Source of the DNA: Chlorokybus atmophyticus
Taxonomy: Eukaryota; Plantae; Mesostigma and Chlorokybus algae
NCBI GenBank assembly: GCA_009103225.1
Contig: RHPI01000797.1
Coordinates: forward strand, 936,059-1,000,058
Direction: 5' to 3'
Length of the DNA: 64,000 nucleotides
In this document: positions 12,740 to 24,300 of the stretch, one piece after another
How positions within the stretch are numbered: position 1 is the first letter of the stretch
Layout of the letters: each line of letters starts with the position of its first letter
Position numbers and translations under genes: made by a program
The notes under the pieces: model-generated
What the model saw: only the letters and a program-made list of their open reading frames with translations
What the model was told of the DNA's origin: nothing
Database searches by the model: none

Positions 12740-13106
12740 CTGGTGCGGACAAGACCTGGTCCAAATTGCATGCATATCCACTCACAAGCAGGAACCATCC
12801 GTCCACGTTTGCATATGAATCCGGACCATGCATGGTCCACACATAATCACTCACATGCATGGACCTTGGTCCCCATGAACACGTTCAGTTTGGACCACGC
12901 ATGGTCCTTACAACTTGGTGAAATCGCGCACCATACATGGTGCGACCCCAAAAAAACATGGGACCGTTCACGTGAACTTCAGGCCATGTATGGTCGGACT
13001 GTCAACGACAGTCCGATCATGCATGGTCCACGGATTTCATTTGGCAGGGGAAAATCCCGGTTCGAAGGTATGGACCACTCATGGTCCTTTGACGTCAGGC
13101 GGTGTG
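12740..13106. repeat. Right subterminal array of GGACCA-N4-TGGTCC palindromes
   Basis: GGACCATGCATGGTCC at 12823-12838, GGACCACGCATGGTCC at 12892-12907 and GGACCACTCATGGTCC at 13072-13087. Confidence 0.82.
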
Positions 13107-14339
13107 CATATGTGCACGTAAACGAATGCACACCTCAGCGCGCACATAATAACTGACACACATGCATGCACGCACACCACGAGAGACACAACAACACACA
13201 CGCACACACTGCATTGCAACTCTGGCCTGAACTGACGCACATAATTGCATAAATTGCATTGCACAAGCGTGTGCACACTCGCACTTACTCACAGCCACAT
13301 CCACACCCGCGCATTGCACTGCACGCGGGCGAGAAGCACATTGTGCATTTGTTCTGTTTGCATAACCTTCAATATATCACAGCCCTAACAAGTAATATAG
13401 TAATATACATCTGTATCACAGATTTGGAATGGCGTCAAAGCTGAAGATCATGTACATTGTATGTGATCAGATGCAATGCATATGACAACTTGACATAAAT
13501 ATTATTTGAAGTTGGCATATCTCTTAGAATCAATAATTGCAATGACATTTGTTCAAATGAGATAAGTTGAAGTGTATGCAAAAGTTGTCCTCTCGATTAT
13601 GTATGCAACAGCAACGTAGTGACATATGCTGCACATCCAATTTTGACTCAACCACGAATAGATAAATGAAGTTGTTAAGCCACCTAAGTTACTTTTCTCG
13701 TATCGCTCTTAGCGGCCACGCTGGAGCGGCTGCTCAACATCACATATTAAGATCTATAACAGTTATGACTAAATATCTTTATGGCTCTCATGCAATGTCA
13801 TGGGAGCCACTATCACGGGGGGGAGGTCGTGTCGCCAAGTTTCACAGAGTAGCCGGTACATATCGGCCGTGTGAGCGAGCGTTTATAGCGGTCGCGCAAT
13901 AATTCAAAGCCGGTTGATTGGCAGTCGACCTCCGGAAACGTCTGGATCTCACGGCGGCTAATCGACGAGCTGCTCGATTAGCACGATGAAATTGTAATTG
14001 GCATGTAGGTATACACATGAGCTTCACAAAAGCAAATACACTCACCCAACACCTCAAACCCAACGTCCCAACTTAACCCGCATGTGTTATGCTCTCATCA
14101 ACGAGCGGTGCGGCTGATTGGGCGTGTGATTGGGCCGGCCGGCATTAGGCACAAGACACACACCATCAGGCCATCAGTGACATACGGCACCCGCGACTGC
14201 CGGGCTGCGCGGTATGCGCGGCCCGCCTGCCTCTCATTGGCTAGGCGACAATTATTAGCTATCCGCCGTTCAATCTGTCAACACAAATCTCGACCGTCCA
14301 AAGCTCATCCCCTTGTCATGCAACTGCTCAAAATATATG

Positions 14340-14720
14340 CGAACTATATATACTTTATTTATGATGTTCCTGATAAGTATATGCAATTATGACTACATAT
14401 AATATTATGCATTGTAATCTATAGCAATAAGATATATATATGTATCATAAGTGCAAAATTTGTATGATATATACGCACTTATATCTGAGTAATCTTATAT
14501 CATACATACATTACATTATATATAAATAAAAGATATACATATATATTATAAAATGATACATAGCATTGTACACATTATATGCATATAATAATACACTATG
14601 TTATATCTATATATAATTTTATGTGCATAATATATATGTTACATGTGATCTTTTATACATAATATATATATATATGTATATTATATAATATATATACATA
14701 AAATATATATTGCAAAAAAT
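14340..14720. repeat. Degenerate (TA)n / AT-rich low-complexity tract
   Basis: Dense TA dinucleotide runs, e.g. aatatatatatatatgtatattatataatatatatac. Confidence 0.75.
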
Positions 14721-16262
14721 GAGGAGAATATAGTGCACATTTGGCGGCATATGGTTTCACATGGCTTATATAATCTAAACATGTCCCACATGTATTAAGA
14801 TAATGCATTAAGTTCCAGGGTCAAGTGCCATAACTTGGGGATGTTTATGAGTTTTGAGTTTGGAGTCCAGCAATGCGGGCGTGCAAATCCACATGCACAA
14901 TATCTCTGATGTAGCAAAATGTTGCGAGATGATAACATATGCGACGATATGGTGCAACATGGTGCAATATTAGCAAATGCTGTTAAGTGTTTCAAAACTT
15001 AATAATCAACGTAACGTTCACGCCACGGTACGTGCTGCGATACTCAGTACATAATGCTGAGGTTACGACCATCAAAATAATGCTAACCTGAATTACCTTA
15101 ACGTTAAGATTCAACTAAACGAAAAATTGCATCGTTAGGCCACCATTTGGTCACGCATGAGATTGATCAAATGGGATCGCAACGGTGACAACAGCCAGTT
15201 GCTCAAAAAGGCAGCGAAATAACCAATCATTGCAAAGATGCGTAAAAGATGCTGAAAAATATCTCAGCGGCAACCGCCTACCAACGGCGACCAAAGCTGC
15301 CAGGGATTTGGTGCAATTGCGGCACAATTAGTGGTTAAAACGGCCGCGTTTTTGGCGGTACGAGGTCGGGGCAAGTCCTATACCCCAAAGACATGCCGCC
15401 ACTACTCACCCTCGTTCTAACTAATCCACTGTACCCTTTAATGCTAATTGATTACACGCTATAGTTACTGCGTCATCAAACATGGTCAACAGCCGAACCA
15501 CTTGAATGACTGTACACCTAAGTGTACAGCTAAACTGGCAAAATCCTTACTCTATCAACTGTGTCTTATGCACAACTGATCCAAATGAGGTCAAACTACT
15601 TTTAATATATTGTTTTTCGATAAAAAAAAAGGATAATGTATCTAAACGCTCAATTTTTCTGGTCTATGCATAGGGGCGTGCCCACAAGGTCACTGAAGCG
15701 TATATTAAGCTAAATTCCTAATGTAAAGCTATAAGACATTTGTTAAGTGATTAATTTATTTCTGCACTTGCGCAACCGAATATGCACGGCTACGATACAC
15801 ATGTAATCCATGCAGATTGACACAGCCAGCTATTAATAAAATAAACATTGAAAGATGCTTGAATTGTATACATCACAATTTAACTATATCTTTTATTTTA
15901 ATTACAAAACTGACTTTTTACGTTAAAAAGTCATTGCTATTGAACATGTTTAAATATCAGCCCCTCCACAATGGCTCAACCACGTTCGTGCTGAAGGGGG
16001 CCTTTTCATCAGGGCGGGTTTCAAAACAGTTTGTGCTTCAATACTTATAGGGCATACGCTACCAAACTACTACCAGGCAACCTCTCATGCATGCCTGGAG
16101 TCTCTTAGCCAGGCTGTGTGCTTATGTAGAGGTCTATAAGTTGTAGGTCTCTAGGCCACGTTGTGCACGGCTTCCACAGCGCGAACTCTCACGCCGGAAC
16201 ACACATTGTACCCGCCGCTGCCTTGATACAAATGACAATCATCACTGTTCGCGCCAAATGAC

Positions 16263-16303
16263 GAGCTGGTGCGATACAGGTGTCGCCTGTATCGCACCAG
16301 CTC
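16263..16303. repeat. Perfect 18-bp inverted repeat (hairpin, 5-nt loop)
   Basis: GAGCTGGTGCGATACAGG-TGTCG-CCTGTATCGCACCAGCTC. Confidence 0.9.
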
Positions 16304-18315
16304 TGCAAAGCACGTTGCTGTTAACTCGGTGTAACGATTCTTATCAAGCGGCGCAGATCTTCTGCGTCGACCGATTGAAAGGCAGCAGGAGTGTCACTTG
16401 TACCTAATAAGGATTGTTAGCGTATTCGACAATTACCGTGTTATTTAAACATGCGTGTACCAAGGGAGGGACTAGCAATGCATGCTTGAGACCCATTTGG
16501 TACGGCGCTATTTAGGCCGAGATGACAACTTTCATGTACGGCGAAGTGCAGATCTATGAATTAACGTTACTGGCTTTGTAAGTTAATTCGTCATGCATGA
16601 TGCTGGCGCGGATGAGGTGCAATTGCGCTAGGGCCCTGGTGATTGCCCCTTCCAGCGAAAACCAGTGCATCACGACTCATAACCAACGCTACATACCGTA
16701 TTGTTTACTGTATTGGGTAATACCAGGTATGACACTGATGTGATGATAGTGAGCGTTTGATTCATGCAGCGCCCCAAGTGACTCAAATGATGTGCAAGTA
16801 TTCATGAAGTCAATAGGCTTCAATACGTGTGGCCTAGCGTGAATCTTCAGTGAGGCGTGGTCAATCCAGTCCGCCTTGCGAAGCACGCGCGCACGTGAAA
16901 GCGCTGAGTCCGAGTCGCACCCGCCGGAATGCATTGGCGCGGTCGAACTGGACTTGCGATTATTTTATTGGGTGGGAACGTCTCACTCGTATACGACACT
17001 CCACCCGCGTTACAGGTCACCAGTCTTGACGCTGGTGGGCCTTGCAGTGCGGCGGCGGCGGCGGCGGCGGCGAGGAGACCAGGCTGGGCTGGACGGTTCT
17101 CAGCGGGAGAGTGTGGTGTTAATATGGTAAGTCAGGACGTGGCCTACGAAGGCTTTGCATGCATGGCTAGCGGCGATGGTAGTGTCACTCTCTTTGGGGA
17201 CGTTGCTGCTGCTGGTGGTGTCCGTGTTTGTCGGTGTCGATCGCTGCCTAACCGCATTCCTGGTGGTTTGGAGTCGCATAGTTGCTGTTATGGTCGCAAG
17301 CTGTCACAAACGAGGCAACCGAGCATGACGCTTGTGTCGCAAGCATGTGTCGACGTGACAGCCACGCTTGTTACTGCCAAGCTCTTGTTACTGTCAAGCT
17401 CACCGATAGTGATAGACTGGCACTACATTTTGCTTTGTTGTGCAATAAGCTCGGGTCGTGTCCTAGGGCGTTGAAGCTTTCGTTTCGTACTGTTGTCCGA
17501 TAGCAGTACTTCTGTTGACACTGTATACAAAAACACTACTGTCAAACCGGGTACGAAGCCAGCTTCAAAAGTAGTCCACCATTGACTTTTTAGCCTACTT
17601 TGCTCTCAGTCGAGTTCAGCTATCTGGTGTCATGTCAGCGTCGGAGCTGTCGCAGCAGCGGGGGCCAGTGAGCAGTACTCAAGTAGCTGTCGAGTATGGT
17701 GTTATCGAGCGCATTGTCTGCAGTAGTGTGTATGCGCAGTGGGCAGCAATGCTTGCAGGTCGAGTATACTCGTTCCAGAGATGCCAAAATGCACATGGTT
17801 TTATTGTGATGGGACAGCTGGCACTTGTCACGTCAGTCACGGTGTCAACCACTGGATCCTGCTTCGTCTCAAGCTGTTATTGTGTGATGAGACAGCTGGT
17901 GCTCCTCTTACTGGTCCCTTGGACACTACGCAAGCACGGCAGTACACGATTCTCGCACATAGTGGAGCAGTGTAGAACTAGTTTGCTGCGTTACTGTCAC
18001 GCATGCGGCTTGTGTGAATACTCCGCCTTGTACAAGTGCCGTTGCTTTGGTTGACAGCAACCCAGCGTCTGTGCGTGCGTGCGTGACTGCTTGGAAGCAT
18101 GTGCGTGTGCGCTGCTTTGAGTTGAGCCGACCACCCTGTACAATCCGTAGTAGTAGCCTTTAACGTTGTCAGCTGCGAAATCTGCCTTCATGCTTTCTTA
18201 GCAAGTGTACTCACCTCCTGTGCTGCACCTTTCAGTTCAGTCAAGGCCAGCTAGCTCTCACCTATGCGAACAAGTGAAGTGCGGAGGAGGGACCAGCGGC
18301 GGACACTCTGTCCGG

Positions 18316-21300
18316 ATGTTGGCACCGGCGTGTGCCCTTCTGCTGTGTTGTCTGATTGCCTCCGTCGCTGCACAATGCCCGCCCGTCGCCAACCCTGCTT
18401 CCGGCTGCGCACCTGTCACTGAGCCGTACCCCATTTATCTCCCCAATTGGTACAGCTCACTAGGGGGCAAGGTACGTTTCCATTACAGCACACATATATG
18501 CGCACGCATGCATGCGGTCACAATAGGCTCCATACAAGCGCATCAATGATTCAGCCACATCAAACGCACAGCGCACACATCGTTGGTTTGTCAAGATGAC
18601 GTGTTAGACTAGTTCCCTCGTCCCTGTGTGTCACACAATGGTGTAGTTGTCTTGGCACGAAGCTGCGGCTGCAGTGGTCAAACCAGCTGTGTTGTTGCAC
18701 ATGGTGCTAATCATGTTCATTGACATGGCAGGTGCGTGATGTCAATGGACAAGCACTGGGCTTTACGTATGTGGAGAAGCCCAGCTTAGGGGTGGGCTAC
18801 ATCCGCGAGAACCTGAGAGTGTCCTACGGCAGGCTCATTATCACAACAACTCCCGGCGCTGATGATAGCAACAGGAATGATCAGGTAGGGGTCTAACATG
18901 CACGCTTGGTATCAAGTCTACGGTGCCACGGTGCCAATACTGTGCTGTCTGCAGGACAATAGGCTGGGCTTTGGCTTTCAGAACCCTTCCACCCCATTGA
19001 CCCTCACCACAGTGATAGAGAATCCCCAACTGTTTGGGTCCCAGTATGATCAGGCCGGCTTGTGGCTTGGGACCAATGAAGACAATTTTGTCAAGTTCAT
19101 AGTGATCGCTTGGCCAGACATAGGCTGGCGCTTGCAGGTACCTATTCACTTAACAATCAGGAAGTATCCAAACCGATGGTGCTTGGCAACATCACAGGCT
19201 GCAAGTTGACACACGCACATATGCCGTCACTGACGTTTCGTGGTGCAGCTGCTAGTTGAGATCAGCGGAAATGCTGGAGTAGTTGCTGAGACTGTGGACT
19301 TGACAACCTCGGTGAGCCGAACAACCGTGACGCTATCACTGGTTGTTAATGACGCGACCAACACGGTGCTGGGTCGTTGGTCCACTGCGGATGGTAGATC
19401 TGGCACTGTGGGTCCATTGCGAATAACGGGCCAAACGCCATGGAACCGTGGAGCAAGCGCTTGGGCTTATGGTGAGTGTTGTTTTGAGTGCATGCGCATG
19501 CGATATGTTGTTGTTATCCTCACGCGCATGCTGGTCGGCATCTAGGTGGTATCTTCGCCACACAATCGCGCGACACTGCGAAGGCCGGCACAGTGTCCTA
19601 CAGCTTTAAGAGCTTTTCTGCCACTGTGGCACCCTCGGTGAGTAGAGCGCTGCTGCTCGAAGACGCCTCTGCGAAGGTGATGCGGGCACTTGTCCTTGCA
19701 GCACAGCTTGCATTGATGATGAACCCTCTCCCTCCCTCCCTCCGTCTGTGTTGTCTTGCAGCCTTCTCCCCCTCCCCCTCCCCGGCCCCCTCCCCCTTNN
19801 NNNNNNNNNNNNNNNNNNNNNNNNNNNNNNNNNNNNNNNNNNNNNNNNNNNNNNNNNNNNNNNNNNNCCCCGGCCCCCTCCCCCTTCCCCGCCTCCCCCT
19901 CCCCCTTACAACCCCTGCCCTCCCGTTGCCAACCCAGCACGAGGATGCGATCCAGTCACCAGGGCATACCCGATCGGCATATCCAATTGGTACAATGAAA
20001 TGGGCGGCAAGGTGAGAGCTTTGCGACTTGTATCCATCTGAAGTTCTATCCTTCACAGTAACTTGTTGATGTGTGGTTCGAGTGCCAATACTTACGCTGC
20101 AGTTTGCCTTTCAACGTGTAGGTCTATGACGCGAATGGTTTCTATTTGGGCTTCACGTACGTGGAGGATCCAACAGCCGGTGTTGGTTTCCTGCCAAATA
20201 ACTTGCGAGCAGCATATGGAAGACTGACCATCACAGCCAATGCTGGCTCGGCTGATAGCACCAAAAACAGCCAGGTACGCTTACTCTGTCGGGAAATATT
20301 GTCTTACTAAGCATGTACCTAAGCCAACCTCAGCTTTTGGTCATGTTGTTGAACTTCAATCAAATAAGCTTCTACTGAGTTATCGCTCGCAGCATTCATG
20401 TCCCTCACAACGTACGCGAGCTGCACCTCTCTTATTGATGTGTGCATTCTTGTAGGACAACCGCCTAGGCTTTGGGTTTGCCAACCCTTCCAGGGCAGTA
20501 ACACTTCAGACGGTGGTGGAGGATCCGCGCCTCTTCGGCAGCCAGTATGACCAGGCGGGCTTGTGGCTCGGGACCAACGAGGACAACTTTGTCAAGCTCA
20601 TTGTTGTCGCATGGCCTAAAATTGGCTACCGCATCCAGGTAACAGCAGTGTTTCAACTCCCTCTCTATCACCTTTGCAGTCAATGGAATACTCACGCACT
20701 CGTGGCCGTGCAGCTACTGGTTGAGGTCGGTGCTGTGACAGTTGCACAGGAGGTGGCCACCGTGACCGGCGAGTCTCTAAGCCAGACCACTGTCGCACTG
20801 TCCTTGACAATCGATCCAGTGGCTAGCACCGTCAGAGCCAGGTGGTCCACAGGGGATGGCAGGGCTGGCAGTCTAGGCCCTCTGGAGGTCACTGGCAACA
20901 CGCCCTGGGTCCGCGGTGCCAACCCATGGGCATATGGTGAGTGCTTCACAGCACCTTCGTCCAGCATGCATGCTTGTGCGTGTGCAGCATGCACACGCGT
21001 GCACGTGAGCGCGCGCGTGTGCGAGTGCATGTGCGTGCATGCGGGCGCGTGTGTGCGAATGTGCCTGATTCATCTGGTCGGCATGGCAGGTGGTATCTTC
21101 ACTTCGCAAGCACGTGACACTGCACCCACCGGCAGTGTATCCTATACATTCAGAAACTTTTATGCCAGTGTGGCACCACCGGTGAGCACGCAGCATTCGC
21201 TGCACACATCATGAAATGCAGACGTCGAAGCTTTGCTGGTACTGATATGAGCTTGTGTGGTTGTCGTGCAGCCTCCTCCTCCTCCGCGCCCACCTCCACC

Positions 21301-24300
21301 CCCACCCCGACCTCCACCTCCTCCCCCACCTTCTCCACCTCCTCCCCCTTCTCCACCTCCCCCCAACCCTTGCCCTCCAATTGCCAAGCCGGCGGCCATA
21401 TGTGCACCTGTCACTGCACCGTATCCCATTTTGTCCTCCAGCTGGTACAGCGAGCAGGGAGGCAAGGTGCGCCTTCGCATTCAAGCTCTATGCCCTAAAC
21501 CAGTCCAAACCATATAGCTGGATGTCTATGTGTTACCCGCAAGCCATAACCAATGTTTGTAACTTGTCAACCAGGTCTTTGACGCGAATGGTTGGCTTCT
21601 TGGCTTCACTTATGTCGAGCAGCCTAGCAAAGGCGCTGGATATCTGCCGAGCAACCTCCACGTCTCTTATGGACGCTTGATCGTCACCGTCAATGCTGGC
21701 TCCGCAGATAGCACCAGGAACAGTCAGGTAAGCTCATGCATGCGCAATGCGCTGCCGACTACTGTTTGAGAGACTGTTGCGATGAATGTTGTGTTGAAGT
21801 CCTGCTGCCATTCGTGCATACATGTCAGTATCTGAGCAACTTGTTTGTTTGTTTACAGGACAACCGGCTCGGCTATGGGCTTCTCACTCCCTCCACTCCA
21901 CTCACGATGAACACAGTTGTTGAAAAACCGCTCTTGTTCGGTGGCCAGTATGACCAGGCGGGGCTATGGCTTGGAACCGATGAGGACAACTTTGTCAAAT
22001 TTGTTGTCATCGCATGGCCAAATGGTGGCTACCGCTTGCAGGTGCACATTCGCAAACCAGACCCCATACATAGCATAGCATGGCAAGGCACAAGTTGTTG
22101 CCATCTAACACAAGCGTTGCGTTTGCTCGAGCAGCTGTTAATTGAGATCGCCACAACAACAGTCGAGCAGGCAGTCACGGTTGTGACGGGTGGAACCCTC
22201 AGCGCAACCACCATTTCCCTCTCCCTGACTGTTGACCCCACAGACAGCACAGTGGCAGCCAGCTGGTTCACAGAGGACGGCAGGTCAGGCAATCTTGGGC
22301 CGTTGAGCACTGGTGCTGCTAAGCCATGGAACGATGCAGGAAACGTTTGGTCTTATGGTGAGCAAATGCACCTGGTCTGGAGCTGTCTGTCCGTGGGAAG
22401 AGGTCCTTGAACTTGTTGTTGACCTTTAGCTGCGTGACAAATATGTAGGCGGCATCTTCGCCACACAATCCAGAGACCCCGCACCGGTTGGAACCGTGTC
22501 CTACACGTTCAAAAGCTTCTCTGCCGATGTGGCTCCACCATCGGTGAGCACTGTACTATTCATGTGGCATGTGTGCGTGTGAGCGTCCATCTGTACATGG
22601 AAGTGGGAGTGAGTACATATGCTTATGCGTCCATGAAGTTTTCTACGAGGCTGTTAACTCTGCTTGTTGTGCTCCTCAGCCTCCACCCCCTCCTCCACCC
22701 TCTCCTCCACCCCCTAGCCCTGCCCCTCCTGCCAGTCCATGTGACCCGACCAATCCCAGCCCGCCTGCAAGCTGCGGCTTCCCGGCGATTGTGCCACTGC
22801 CGGCCGCATTGGACTGGTCGCGCAACGAGTTCTTCCTTGGTAGGAACTTGGACACAATGCAACAGTCATGCATGCCATTCGTGTAGGAGATGCTCAATAT
22901 TACTTGCGTTGGGTTGCAGCTAAGGATGTCAATGGAGTTGGCACGGGTTTCAGCCATGTAGCACCTGGTGATTATTGGACTTCGGGGTACAAGCCGAAGC
23001 TGTTGCGCGTGAGCACAGGCGCTTCCAAGCTCACCGTGCAAACCACTGCTGGCACCGCTGTTGGGTAAGTGGATTGTTTGGGGCGTCGCACTTGTGCATC
23101 AAGCAGATCGAGGCCACAACATCACGTTTGCCGTGCAGGTCTGCAAACACAGCTGACAACATGTTGGCTGTTGGCGTCGGCCCTTTCCTTGCTCCCTTGG
23201 TCGTGCGGACTTCCATTGCATCCTTCCCAACCAGCAATAACGGCGAGCAGGTGACTTCCATGGACAAGTCATTGTGCACAAACTTGTTACACACTGAAGC
23301 TAACAACACCCTACTGCAGGTTGGTATCTGGGTTGGAAGCGATCAAGACAATTACGTGATATTGGGCGTTGTGAACACTGCGGGAGGCCAAGTGCTGCAT
23401 CTGCTGGTAACCAGATGTTGAAACAACATGACGCCTCTGTTCTGTGGTAGTTTGCATGCGTATCTCATGGATGGCGCTTTTAGGTTGAATCCAACGGGGT
23501 GACGCCGTCTGGCTCTTTGTTGGAAGTACCTCTCTCCAATGGATTGACCTCAGGTTTTGATCTGGAACTGACATTGGACCCGGTCACCAAGCGTGCATCC
23601 GGCAGGCAAGTTACTAGTATGCATCCGGATAGCACAGCATCAATGTCAAGCCCCAATGCTGTAAATGCCAGCTGAACTTTCTTTGCTTGTATACAGGCTG
23701 TGGACCTCCTCCCAGGCAAATGCTGTCTCGACAGGGTCTTTGCTTGCCAGAGACTCGTCATGGTGGGCAGGTTCAACACCCGGCAACATGGTGACTTATT
23801 CCGGGATCTGCTCAACGAAAGGGTCAGCAGCGGCGTTCACTGTCGACATCACCCTCTTCTCCGTCCGCGAGGTGTGCAAAATTTTGAGCGTGCTGCACTG
23901 TTTGGAAGATAAGACGACACTTGGTGTGTGTGCACATGTGTAACCTGCTATGCTTGCCAGGTGTGTCCGTGCTGCGTGCCAGCTGGTGCAGCTCCTGCCA
24001 GCGGCTGTCCCGTGGCGATATCGACTGATGCAGATGAGAAGGTTCTCGACGACGCCTGGCTAGCTCATTCCCGCCTCGTGGACCTGTTCCAGGCCCGCGA
24101 CGCTCTGCACGACGTGCACAACTCGTCTGCAGTAACTGTCTCGAATCCCAGTGGTGAGTGGTGCTGTATGCAAGTACCATCAATAAAATGCACATGTTGG
24201 TGCGTGTTCTACAACCCACGTATGCATCATCGCAGGCTCCGATGTGTCTCTGCAAGTTGTAGTGAGAGGGCCCTGGCGCCTGCTCACGCCTGGTGTTGTC

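Larger units (their letters stand above)
5704..13106. mobile_element. Non-autonomous CACTA/CMC-like DNA transposon (7.4 kb) with CACAC termini and a nested hAT
   Basis: Left end CACACGGCTTGACGTTCAAGGACCA (5704) versus reverse complement of the right end CACACCGCCTGACGTCAAAGGACCA (ending 13106): 21/25 identical. Both ends are flanked by CAT (5701-5703, 13107-13109). Subterminal palindrome arrays occur at both ends. Confidence 0.72.

Noticed and set aside
13820-14310. GC-rich block with several ATTGG (CCAAT) motifs
   Set aside because: No adjacent gene or definable TE ends; cannot be assigned.
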